Origin: an uncultured delta proteobacterium
GTDB lineage: Bacteria; Desulfobacterota; Desulfobaccia; Desulfobaccales; Desulfobaccaceae
Direction of reading: 5' to 3'
Assembly (NCBI GenBank): GCA_963705135.1
Contig: CAVPJB010000014.1
Span: 68,816-132,815, forward strand
DNA: 64,000 nt
Shown: piece by piece, positions 52,507 to 62,272 of the stretch
How the letters are laid out: each line of letters starts with the position of its first letter
Numbering within the stretch: position 1 is the stretch's first letter
Notes under the pieces: model-generated
What the model was told of the DNA's origin: nothing
The model's input: the letters and a program-made list of their open reading frames with translations, nothing else
Databases searched by the model: none
Program-made: the position numbers and the translations under genes

Positions 52507-53742
52507 ATGATCGATTTTTTCCGTTTAAAAACCATAAATGAAGTTTTAGAACTCCTCGGGCAATTTACTCCCCTGGACTCCGAACTAGTCCCCCTGGCCA
52601 TGGCCTGGAACCGGGTATTGACTGCGGCGGTTATTGCTGAAGCCGACGTGCCGGAATTTTCCCGCTCTACCATGGACGGCTATGCCGTCCGGGCCCGGGA
52701 CACCTTTGGCGCCGGCCCCGGTAACCCGGCCTGGCTGACGATCTCCGGAGAGGTGGGCATGGGAGAAGAAGCCAGGCTGCTGCTGGAGGCGGGGCAGGTT
52801 CAACGCATCTCCACCGGAGGCATGCTGCCGCCTGGGGCTGACGCGGTGGTGATGTTGGAATACACCCAGGAAATGGCGGACCAGACTTTGGAGGTCTACC
52901 GCACCGTGGCGCCTCTGGAAAACGTGGTGCAGCGGGGAGAGGACGTGTCGGCTGGAACAACGTTGCTGCCCGCCGGCTTCCGGCTGCGGCCCCAGGACGT
53001 GGGTCTGTTGGCGGCTCTCGGGGTGTCAGGGGTGGAGGTACGCCGGCGGCCCCGGGTAGCCGTCATTGCCACCGGCGATGAGATCGTACCCCTGGAAATG
53101 CCCCTTAAACCGGGCCAGATGCGGGATGCCAACTCCTATGCCCTGGCGGCCCAGGTAGCTGCCATGGGCGGCGAACCCCTATTCCTGGGCATAGTCCCCG
53201 ACCGGCTGGAATCGCTGGTGGCCGGACTACAGGAGGCCCTGCAGACTGCAGACCTGGTATTGCTCTCCGGCGGCAGTTCCGTGGGCGCCCGGGACCTGGC
53301 CATCGCCGCTATCCAGTCCTTCCCGGAGGCCGAAGTCCTGGTACACGGGGTGGCCATCAGCCCCGGCAAACCCACCATCCTGGCCAGGATCGGCCCCAAG
53401 CCCCTTTTCGGCCTGCCGGGCCACCCGGTATCCGCCATGGTGGTCATGGAGGTGCTGGTCAGGCCCCTGCTGGACCGGTTGCTGGGTCAAACTGCCCCTT
53501 ATCAGTCCTGGGGTCGGATGGTTACCGCCACCTTGTCCCGTAACCTGGCTTCCACCCCCGGGCGGGAGGATTTTATCCGGGTGCGGCTGCAACTGAAAGA
53601 TGACACTCTCTGGGCTGATCCCGTGCTGGGGAAATCCGGCCTCATCTCCACCATGGTCAAGGCCGACGGCTGGATTTCCATCCCGCTTAACACCGAAGGC
53701 CTTGAAAAAGGCGAGTTGGTGGAGGTCGGGCTCTTTCAATGA
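52507..53742 (+). CDS. moeA: Molybdopterin molybdotransferase
   Basis: STMDGYAV, ISTGGMLP, ATGDE, SGGSSVG, PGKP, GLPGHP. Confidence 0.94.
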   Translation: MIDFFRLKTINEVLELLGQFTPLDSELVPLAMAWNRVLTAAVIAEADVPEFSRSTMDGYAVRARDTFGAGPGNPAWLTISGEVGMGEEARLLLEAGQVQRISTGGMLPPGADAVVMLEYTQEMADQTLEVYRTVAPLENVVQRGEDVSAGTTLLPAGFRLRPQDVGLLAALGVSGVEVRRRPRVAVIATGDEIVPLEMPLKPGQMRDANSYALAAQVAAMGGEPLFLGIVPDRLESLVAGLQEALQTADLVLLSGGSSVGARDLAIAAIQSFPEAEVLVHGVAISPGKPTILARIGPKPLFGLPGHPVSAMVVMEVLVRPLLDRLLGQTAPYQSWGRMVTATLSRNLASTPGREDFIRVRLQLKDDTLWADPVLGKSGLISTMVKADGWISIPLNTEGLEKGELVEVGLFQ

Positions 53743-53820
53743 TAAAAAGGCTGTCAGCTAATAGCCACAAGCAAAGCTCCTACTGACGGGAACAGGACTT
53801 CAAAAAACCAAGGATGTCCC

Positions 53821-55746
53821 ATGAAACGCCACATCTACCTGAAAATGAAAACCGTGGAGGAGGCCCGGGAACTTTTTCTGTCCCATTTTGACCTGGATGG
53901 TTTGCTGCTGCCCGAGGAGATTCCCACTTCTGAGGCTTTGGGTCGGGTTACGGCAGCGCCGGTGTTCGCCCGGCTGTCATCGCCCCACTATCACAGCGCC
54001 GCCATGGACGGCTACGCGGTGGTGGCCGAGGTTACATTTGGGGCCAGCCAGGATAAGCCCAGGCTTCTGGAACTGGGGCGGGAAGCCTTCCCGGTGAACA
54101 CCGGCAACGCCTTGCCCATCGGTGCCAATGCGGTGATCATGGTGGAAAACGTTAATCCAGTGGACGAGGCCACAATTCAGATCGAGGCGGCCGCGTACCC
54201 CTGGCAGCATGTTCGTAAAGTGGGAGAAGATCTGGTGGCCCATGAGATGGTGCTGCCGGAAAAAACCGAGGTTACGCCATACGCCATGGGGGCCCTGCTG
54301 GCCGCGGGGGTGACCCGGCTTTTAGTGCGGCGGCGGCCCCGGGTGGTCATCATCCCCACCGGCGATGAACTTGTCTCGGTAGTCGAAATCGAAACCGGCA
54401 ACGTCCCCCCCGGCCGCATCATCGAATTCAATTCGGTGATGTTGGGGGCCCTGGTGGAACAACTTGGCGGTCTGCCTGAAATTCATCCGATAGTCCCCGA
54501 CCGGCGCCCGGAGATCAAGGCCGCCCTGGCTGAGGCTATGCAGCAAGGAGATATGGTCATCATCAATGCCGGTTCCTCCGCCGGCACCGAGGACTTTACC
54601 GCCCAGGTCATCGCCGAATTAGGGGAGGTGCTGGTGCACGGAGTGGCCATGATGCCCGGCAAACCCACCATCCTGGGAGTGGTGCAGGGCAAACCGGTGA
54701 TGGGCAACCCTGGCTACCCGGTGTCCGCCGCTCTCTCATTTGACCAGTTCGTGGCGCCCCTCCTGGCCGGGATCTTGGGACGCCGCCTGCCGCCCCGGCC
54801 CGTGGTGTTGGCCCAGCCGGCCCAAAAGATCCCTTCCAAGGCCGGCATCGAAGAATTTATCCGGGTAAGCCTTGGGAAGGTGGGTGACCGCATCATGGCC
54901 ACGCCCCTGCCTCGGGGAGCAGGCACAATCACTTCGTTGGTCCGGGCCGACGGCCTTATTCGCATCCCGGCCGGGAGTGAAGGGGTCGAGGCGGAAAAAC
55001 CGGTGCTCACCGAACTGATGTTGTCTCCCGAACAACTCGAGCACACCCTGGTGGTCATCGGTAGCCATGACAACACCCTGGACGTACTGGCCACCCTCCT
55101 GCGCCGCCATCATCCCCACCTGCGCCTGTCTTCAGCCCACGTGGGAAGCACCGGCGGTTTGCTCGCCCTGCAAAACCAACGGGCCCATTGTGGCGGCAGC
55201 CACCTCTTCGACCCGGAGACCAATTCATATAATGTGCCTTATATCAAACGCCTGCTACCGGAACTGCCCCTGAAGCTCATCAATCTGGTGCACCGGGAGC
55301 AGGGGCTCATGGTCCTTCCCGGCAATCCTAAAAAAATCCAGGGCTTTCAAGATTTGAGCCGTCCCGACGTCCAGTTCTCCAATCGCCAGCGGGGCTCCGG
55401 CACCCGAATTCTGCTGGATTACCAACTGAAACAGCTTCAGATCTCCTCCCAGACCATCCAAGGTTACGACCGGGAAGAATACACCCATATGGCCGTGGCG
55501 GTGAACGTCCTCTCCGGGGCCGCAGATGCGGGGCTGGGGATTATGGCCGCGGCCAAAGCCCTGGGGCTGGACTTCATTCCGGTAGTCACCGAGCGCTATG
55601 ACCTGGTGGTCCCCCAGACGACGTTTGCCGATGATCGCTTCCAGAAGCTGCTGGCCATTATTCGCTCGGAGGAGTTTAAAACAACTGTGACGGCGCTGGG
55701 CGGCTATGACACCCGGGATACCGGCACCGTCATGTATGAACAATAA
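53821..55746 (+). CDS. moeA: MoeA fused to a C-terminal PBP (molybdate/tungstate-binding-like) domain
   Basis: AAMDGYAV, GSSAG, PGYP; then IGSHD, VGSTGGL, NRQRGSGTR, ERYDL. Confidence 0.92.
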   Translation: MKRHIYLKMKTVEEARELFLSHFDLDGLLLPEEIPTSEALGRVTAAPVFARLSSPHYHSAAMDGYAVVAEVTFGASQDKPRLLELGREAFPVNTGNALPIGANAVIMVENVNPVDEATIQIEAAAYPWQHVRKVGEDLVAHEMVLPEKTEVTPYAMGALLAAGVTRLLVRRRPRVVIIPTGDELVSVVEIETGNVPPGRIIEFNSVMLGALVEQLGGLPEIHPIVPDRRPEIKAALAEAMQQGDMVIINAGSSAGTEDFTAQVIAELGEVLVHGVAMMPGKPTILGVVQGKPVMGNPGYPVSAALSFDQFVAPLLAGILGRRLPPRPVVLAQPAQKIPSKAGIEEFIRVSLGKVGDRIMATPLPRGAGTITSLVRADGLIRIPAGSEGVEAEKPVLTELMLSPEQLEHTLVVIGSHDNTLDVLATLLRRHHPHLRLSSAHVGSTGGLLALQNQRAHCGGSHLFDPETNSYNVPYIKRLLPELPLKLINLVHREQGLMVLPGNPKKIQGFQDLSRPDVQFSNRQRGSGTRILLDYQLKQLQISSQTIQGYDREEYTHMAVAVNVLSGAADAGLGIMAAAKALGLDFIPVVTERYDLVVPQTTFADDRFQKLLAIIRSEEFKTTVTALGGYDTRDTGTVMYEQ

Positions 55747-56003
55747 AAGACCCGCTGGAACGGGGATCCCCAGGAATACCGGGCCTGCGAGATTTATTTA
55801 GATCAATTCATCAATGACGGGGAAAAATACGCCACTAAGGCCGAGGAATGGCAACTCCACCCCGAAATCAGGCGTCTGTGGGAGTGGTTAGAAAGCATTA
55901 ACGCCAGGCTGCACAGAGGTGAATTATAGTGCGCTTTTGCCCAAGGTAAGGTCCGATGCACCTCTCTCCAGACTTACAGCATTGAACTTGGAACTTTCAA
56001 CCA

Positions 56004-57573
56004 ATGACCCTTGCTCTGGAACTCACCGTTTTTGACAAGCTGTTCGCCGGCGTGGCCGAAGAGATGGGCATCGTCCTGCGGCGCAGCGCCTTCTCCCCCA
56101 ATATCAAGGAGCGCCGGGACTATTCCGCCGCCGTCTTCACCGCCCGGGGGGAGCTGTTGGCCCAGGCGGCCCACATCCCGGTGCACCTGGGGGCCCTGCC
56201 CTTGACCATGGCCAAAGTCCTGGCTGAATATCCGCCTTTGAATGACGGTGACATCCTGATGCTCAACGACCCCTACTGGGGGGGCACGCACCTGCCCGAT
56301 ATCACCCTGATCGCCCCCCATTCTGTTGACGGCGCCGGCCCCAGGTTTTACGTGGTGAACCGGGCCCATCATGCCGATGTAGGCGGGGCCACCCCAGCTT
56401 CCATGCCCCTGGCCGACGACCTGAGGCAGGAAGGGGTCATCATCCCTCCCACCTTATTGTATCGTCAAGGAATCCTGGAACAGGACTTTCTCGACCACCT
56501 GATCCAGCAGATGCGGGCGCCCCAGGAGCGCCGGGGCGATCTGGCGGCCCAGATTGCGGCCTTACACCGGGGGCGGCGCCGGCTTGCTGATCTTATCAAC
56601 CGCTACGGCACGTCAAAGCTGGAGGCCATGAGCATCGCCCTTCTTTCCTACTCCGAAAGGGCCATGCGGGCCCTTATCAAAGCCATCCCGGACGGGCATT
56701 ATACCTGCACCGATTATCTGGATGACGATGGCTACGGGCACCTCGATCTCCCTCTGACAGTGACCTTGATCGTGCAGGGGGAGATCGTGGTCCTGGATTT
56801 CCGGGAATGTACGCCTCAAACACAAGGCGGGGTCAATACCGTGCCGGCTGTGGTCCAGGCTGCCTGTTATTATGTTTTTCTGGCCCTGTTGGCGGAAGAG
56901 TATCCCATCAACCAGGGCTGCTTCCGGCCGGTGCAGGGTACTCACCCGGCCCGGCACCCTGGTGGACGCTCAGTACCCCGGGGCCGTGGCTGCCGGCAAT
57001 GTGGAGACCTCCCAGCGCCTGGTGGATGTGGTCCTGGGGGCTCTATCCCAAGCCCTGCCCGAGGCCATCCCGGCGGCCAGCCAGGGGACCATGAACAACC
57101 TGGCTTTCGGCGGCAAGCAATCCGAGGGGGAGGATTTTACGTATTACGAGACCATCGCCGGAGGCATGGGCGGCTTTCCGGGCAAACCTGGTCTGGACGG
57201 GGTCCACACCCATATGACCAACACCCGGAACACTCCCGTAGAAGTGCTGGAGCAGGAGTATCCGTTGCTCGTTGAGAGGTACGGTCTGCGGGAGAAGTCA
57301 GGTGGTATGGGACGGTATCCGGGAGGCAGGGGGGTGTGCCGGGACTTTCGGTTTCTGTCCGAGGTCACAGTAAGCCTGCTCACCGAACGGCGGCGGCTGG
57401 CACCTTACGGGCTGGCCGGGGGCGGGCCCGGCCAGGTGGGGGAAAATGTGCTTTTGACCGCGGCGGGAGAAGAACGGCTGCCCGCCAAAGTAAATCTGAC
57501 CCTCCCGGCCGGCTCCCGCCTCTCCATCCGGACGCCCGGGGGCGGCGGCTGGGGATCCAGGATTGAATGCTGA
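56004..57573 (+). CDS. Hydantoinase B/oxoprolinase family protein (one frameshift near 56935)
   Basis: [37 protein letters not shown]; second frame [29 protein letters not shown]. Confidence 0.9.
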
Positions 57574-57590
57574 GAACTGAGCAAAAGCCT

Positions 57591-57621
57591 GTAGGGCTGG
57601 AAAGCGAGGCGCATCCCGCCT
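57591..57621 (+). repeat. GTAG-type REP-like palindrome
   Basis: GTAGGGCTGGAAAGCGAGGCGCATCCCGCC between convergent genes. Confidence 0.5.
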
Positions 57622-57637
57622 TCGGCTAAAGAATTCT

Positions 57638-58483
57638 TTATCCGGCACACACCAGAAAGCCCTGGGACAGTCGGCGAAGCATTTTCCCCGCGGTCGTGCC
57701 GAGCACCAGGTCCCTGAGCTTGAAATGGCCGTGGGCGCCCAGGCCGATGAGGGAGAAATAACGTTCCTCACTGAAGGCCTGAATGACCTCCGTTGCCCTG
57801 CCTTCCCGGGCTTCCAGAGAGAATTTCAGATTGTAAGGCTTAAGGTACAAACGAGCCTCCTCCAGGCAGGGGGAGGTGGTTTCCGGCGGTCCCACAGACA
57901 ACACCGTCACGGGCGCCTGGGCCAGGGCGGCCAGACGGGTGAGCTGCCGCAGGGTTCGGTTGGCTGCCGGGCTGGCATCATAGGCCAGCAGGAACGGGCC
58001 CTGGAGCAGCTTCTGCGGCTGGCTGCCGGGCAGCAGCACCGGGGCCAGGGAACGCTTCAAGACCAGACGGGTGATGTCACTGATCCAATCGCTCTGGTCC
58101 CCGGTGGCCAGGCGATTGCGGCCCATAGTGACCAGGTCGGCGGTGCGGCTGGCCTGGACCAGTTCCTCCACAACATCGCCCCGTACCACCTGGAGCCCGT
58201 CAGCCAGGGAACCGACCACCGAGGTGAACCTTTCCGCCAACTGCCGGGCGGTTTTCTCTTTTTCAGCTTCCAGGTTGGCCAGCAGTTCCGGGTCTAACAT
58301 CACCGGGGGGGCTGCGCCCAGATCAGGGCCAGGCGACATAAGGCCCATTTCCACCAGTTCAAATTTTTTGACGAAAAGCCCCCTAATGCGGCCGCCGGTG
58401 AGGTGGACCAGATGGACCGCTGCCGTCAGCCCCGTTTGGGATTCCTCGCCGCCGTCAAGAAAAACCAGGATATTTTTAAACAT
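57638..58483 (-). CDS. Universal stress protein (tandem Usp domains)
   Basis: ILVFLDG, LVTMGR, LLAYDAS, LGAHG...VLGTT. Confidence 0.9.
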   Translation of the reverse strand: MFKNILVFLDGGEESQTGLTAAVHLVHLTGGRIRGLFVKKFELVEMGLMSPGPDLGAAPPVMLDPELLANLEAEKEKTARQLAERFTSVVGSLADGLQVVRGDVVEELVQASRTADLVTMGRNRLATGDQSDWISDITRLVLKRSLAPVLLPGSQPQKLLQGPFLLAYDASPAANRTLRQLTRLAALAQAPVTVLSVGPPETTSPCLEEARLYLKPYNLKFSLEAREGRATEVIQAFSEERYFSLIGLGAHGHFKLRDLVLGTTAGKMLRRLSQGFLVCAG

Positions 58484-58622
58484 AGTCCCCTCTCAGAACC
58501 GGCGGACCTTCGGCCCTGCCGTTGTCTTTACCTTGTTAGAGACATTATAACACAGGATATCCTGTCTGCGTTCAGGAAATGCCTTGACAGGGAGAGAAAA
58601 ATACCATAAACAATTACAGGTT

Positions 58623-58699
58623 GGTCCCATCGTCTCAGCGGCCTAGGATACTGCCCTCTCACGGCAGTGACACGGGTTCGAGTCCCGTTGGGACTACCA
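58623..58699 (+). tRNA. tRNA-Glu (CTC)
   Basis: GGTCCCATCGTCTCAGCGGCCTAGGATACTGCCCTCTCACGGCAGTGACACGGGTTCGAGTCCCGTTGGGACTACCA. Confidence 0.95.
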
Positions 58700-58721
58700 A
58701 TTCTTCTTTTCTAAAAGATTG

Positions 58722-58737
58722 AGCGAAACGTTTCGCT
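58722..58737. promoter_or_regulatory. Perfect 16-bp palindrome, candidate operator
   Basis: AGCGAAACGTTTCGCT upstream of the hydrogenase operon. Confidence 0.45.
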
Positions 58738-58918
58738 AACTTTTATATCCCCCTCTGTACTGCCCCTAGAAATCATTTGCCGTTCCAAACCATTTAAGGT
58801 ATGTTGAAAAATAGCCGAAGGGCCAGCATTGCGTCAAACCTGGTATCGGTTTTGGCGACGACTGTCCGCCGGCCGGCTTTCCCAGACCGGCCCCGGTTTT
58901 GAGAGGAGCAGGTATTCC

Positions 58919-60058
58919 ATGCCCCAGTCTCTTCTGCAGGCAGGTGACGAAGCCGTCTTGCCGGCTGCAGCTTTGACCACCCTCTTCGATATTTTGGTGC
59001 AGCAAGGTTTTCAACCGGTGGGCCCGACGGTCCAGGACGGTCACCTGGTCCTGGACACCCTGGGTAGTGTCGCCGATCTGCCCCAGGCTTGGACCACCGA
59101 CGCCGACGCCGGTGCCTTCCGGTTGGCCCGCCGGGCCGATGCGGCCTTTTTTGGGTATAACCTGGGCCAGGAATCCTGGAAAAAGTTCCTCTTCCCCTCC
59201 CGGTTGCCCCTGTTTCGAGTCCAACGGCAGCACAGCGGTCTGAGCTTCCAGCCTCTCCCCCACGAGGCCCCGCCCTTTGCCTTTTTTGGCGTCCGGGCCT
59301 GCGAACTGGCGGCCTTGGCCATCCAGGATAGGATTTTCCTGGAAGGTCCCTACGCCGACCCCGTCTATGCCGCCCGCCGGCGCTCGCGGTTTATTGTTGC
59401 CGTTAACTGCACCGAATCTGACGCCGCCTGTTTTTGCGCCTCCATGGGAACCGGCCCCGGCGCCGTCGCCGGTTTCGACCTGGCCCTGACTGAAATCAGC
59501 AGCGGCCAGGACCATATTTTTCTGGTGATTGTGGGTAGCCCCCAGGGGGCCGCGGTTATTTCTCAATTGCCCCACCAGCCGGTCCCCACGGCAATACAGC
59601 AGCAAGCCCGGGAACTCATCCACCAGGCCGCCCGCAGCCAGACCCGGTCTTTGACCACCAACGATCTGCCTGGTATGTTGTATGATAACTATCTACACCC
59701 TCAGTGGGACGATGTGGCTGCCCGCTGCCTCAGTTGCGGCAACTGCGCCCTGGTCTGTCCTACGTGCTTTTGCCACAGTATCGAGGATAAGACCGACCTG
59801 GAGGGCCTGGAGGCCGAACGCTGGCGGCACTGGGACGTCTGCCACACCCTCGAGTTTTCCTATATTCATGGCGGCTGTATGCGCATTTCTCCCAAATCCC
59901 GTTATCGTCAATGGCTGACCCACAAACTGGCCGCCTGGATCCACCAGTTCGGTTCGGTGGGCTGTGTCGGCTGCGGCCGCTGCCTGGTCTGGTGTCCGGT
60001 AGCCATCGATCTGACAGCTGAAATTCCTGCCATCCGGGAAAACCCCAAACAGGAGTAA
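58919..60058 (+). CDS. Group 3b [NiFe] sulfhydrogenase beta (Fe-S, AsrA-like) subunit
   Basis: GVRACEL, CFCASMG, CLSCGNCALVCPTCFC, RYRQWLTHK, CVGCGRCLVWCP. Confidence 0.92.
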   Translation: MPQSLLQAGDEAVLPAAALTTLFDILVQQGFQPVGPTVQDGHLVLDTLGSVADLPQAWTTDADAGAFRLARRADAAFFGYNLGQESWKKFLFPSRLPLFRVQRQHSGLSFQPLPHEAPPFAFFGVRACELAALAIQDRIFLEGPYADPVYAARRRSRFIVAVNCTESDAACFCASMGTGPGAVAGFDLALTEISSGQDHIFLVIVGSPQGAAVISQLPHQPVPTAIQQQARELIHQAARSQTRSLTTNDLPGMLYDNYLHPQWDDVAARCLSCGNCALVCPTCFCHSIEDKTDLEGLEAERWRHWDVCHTLEFSYIHGGCMRISPKSRYRQWLTHKLAAWIHQFGSVGCVGCGRCLVWCPVAIDLTAEIPAIRENPKQE

Positions 60059-60519
60059 TGTCCATGGACAACCTGGAATCGACTCTGGCGGCCCATCCCT
60101 TTCTGGCCGGCCTTTCCTCGCAGCATCTCCAACTGGTGGCTTCTTGTGCTTCTTTGGTCAGCTTTCATGCCAACCACGTTATCTTCGCCGAAGGTGAGGA
60201 AGCCCGTCAGTTATTCCTGCTGCGCTACGGCCGGGTGGCGGTGGAAATCCATCGGCCCCGCCGGGGGCACAAAACCGTTTACACCCTGGGGGAAGGCGAT
60301 GTCTTGGGCACCTCTTGGCTGGAGTTGCCGCATCGCTGGTTTTTCGACGCCCGGACCGTGGAAATCACCCGGGCCATCGCCCTGGATTTAGCCTGTCTGC
60401 AACGTCTGGGCGATGACCACCCCGACCTGGGGTACGAATTGTTAAAGCGCTTTGTCCAGGCCCAGGCCAAAAAGATAAAACTCTTGAAACTGCAACTGGT
60501 GGATTTTTATGGCTCCTGA
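60058..60519 (+). CDS. Stand-alone cyclic nucleotide-binding domain protein
   Basis: HPFLAGL...IFAEGEEA...GRV...LGEGDVLG; no HTH. Confidence 0.88.
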   Translation: MSMDNLESTLAAHPFLAGLSSQHLQLVASCASLVSFHANHVIFAEGEEARQLFLLRYGRVAVEIHRPRRGHKTVYTLGEGDVLGTSWLELPHRWFFDARTVEITRAIALDLACLQRLGDDHPDLGYELLKRFVQAQAKKIKLLKLQLVDFYGS

Positions 60520-61382
60520 GGCACAGTTGGCAGCAGCCCCAACAGCATCCATCGGAGCAGATCCCATGCTGCCCCGCTCCTTTCAAATAGTGGGTTACCG
60601 GCGAGAGCTGAAGGATACCTTTACCGTATATTTACAGCCGCAGCACGGGCCCGAGGAGTTTCATTTTCAGCCGGGCCAGTTTAACATGCTGTATCAGTTC
60701 GGCGCTGGAGAAGTGCCTATTTCCATCAGCGGCGACCCCCAAAAACCCCGGCAACTGGTGCATACCATCCGGGCCGTGGGGAACGTCACCCGCTTAATGC
60801 CGACACTGCCGTCCCGGCGACGTTATCGGCGTCCGCGGTCCCTTTGGCGCCCCCTGGCCGGTGACCGAGATCAGGGGGCAAGACCTGATCATCCTGACCG
60901 GCGGTCTGGGGCTGGCCCCGCTGCGGCCGGTTCTTTACCATGTCCTGGCCCACCGGCACGAGTACGGCCAGGTGGAGTTAATCTATGGCGCCCGCTCTCC
61001 CCAAGAAATACTCTTTCGTCGGGAACTGGAGCGCTGGCGTGGTCGTTTCGATCTGCGGGTGCACGTCACCGTAGACAGCTCCGGCCCCAAATGGCGGGGG
61101 AACGTGGGAGTGGTGACCAATCTCATCGGCCGGGCCCGGTTTGATCCCCTCCATGTCGCAGCTTTGGTCTGCGGCCCGGGAGTGATGATGCGTTTCAGCG
61201 TCCAGGAACTGAGAAACCGTGGGGTGCAGCCCCAAGACATTTATCTCTCTATGGAGCGCAACATGCAATGCGGCCTCGGCCTGTGCGGCCACTGCCAGCT
61301 CGGCCCCTTTTTCGTCTGCAAGGACGGCCCGGTATTCTCGTATGACCGCATCGGCAAATGGTTTGAAATGCGGGAGGTTTAA
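60509..61382 (+). CDS. Sulfhydrogenase gamma (FAD/NAD(P)-binding) subunit, frameshift near 60805
   Basis: FQPGQFNML...GEVPISIS; [33 protein letters not shown]...CKDGP. Confidence 0.9.
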
Positions 61383-61383
61383 T

Positions 61384-61487
61384 TATAGTCGTTGCCAAAA
61401 GTATAGTCTGAATCACCCATCACCCTAACCCTCTCCCCTCGAGGGGAAAGGGGAAAATAAAGGACCGCACTTTTGGCAATTGGTCTA
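61384..61487 (-). repeat. ~100-bp MITE-like dispersed element, copy 2 (inverted relative to copy 1)
   Basis: TATAGTCGTTGCCAAAA...CCCCTCGAGGGG...TTTTGGCAATTGGTCTA. Confidence 0.8.
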
Positions 61488-61496
61488 GGATAACCC

Positions 61497-62272
61497 ATGG
61501 CACCTCGTCTTAAACTTGCCGTCTGGAAATTCGCCTCCTGTGACGGCTGTCAGTTGAGCCTGTTAGACCTGGAAGATCACCTCCTGGCCCTGGCCGGCAA
61601 GATCAATATCGCCTGCTTTTTGGAGGCCAGCCGGGCTGTGGAGCCCGGTCCCTATGACCTGTCCCTGGTGGAAGGCTCCATCACCACCGCCGAGGATGCC
61701 CGGCGCATCAAGCAGGTGCGCCGTCTCTCCAAACTGGTGGTGACCATCGGCGCCTGTGCCACTGCCGGGGGCATCCAGGCCCTGCGCAACTTCACCAACG
61801 TCCAAGACTACATTCCGGTGGTGTACGCCCATCCGGAGTATATTAAAACCCTGGACCGGTCCACTCCCATATCCGAGCATATCAGAGTGGATTACCAACT
61901 CCCCGGCTGCCCCATCAATAAAAATCAGCTTCTGGAGGTGCTTAAGGCCCTCCTCCAGGGGCCGCACCCCCCGGTTTGCCGATGAGGCCGTGTGTCTGGC
62001 CTGTAAAATCCGGGGCAATATCTGCGTTCTGGTGGCCGGCGGCGAGCCCTGCCTGGGCCCGGTGACCCACGCCGGCTGCGGCGCCATCTGCCCCACCTAT
62101 CACCGGGGCTGCTACGGCTGTTACGGCCCCAAGGAGGCCGCCAACACTGCGGCTCTCAGCGCCTGGTTCCGCCAGAGGTTAGGCCTGTCCGCAGCCGATC
62201 TCGTGCGCCTCTTCCGGACCTTTAACGCCTATGCCGCCCCTTTTCGCCAGGAGAGCCTGGCCCATGAAGTAG
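61497..62272 (+). CDS. Sulfhydrogenase delta (small hydrogenase) subunit, frameshifted
   Basis: [27 protein letters not shown]; second frame VCLAC...CLGPVT..GCGAICP...GCYGCYGP. Confidence 0.88.
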
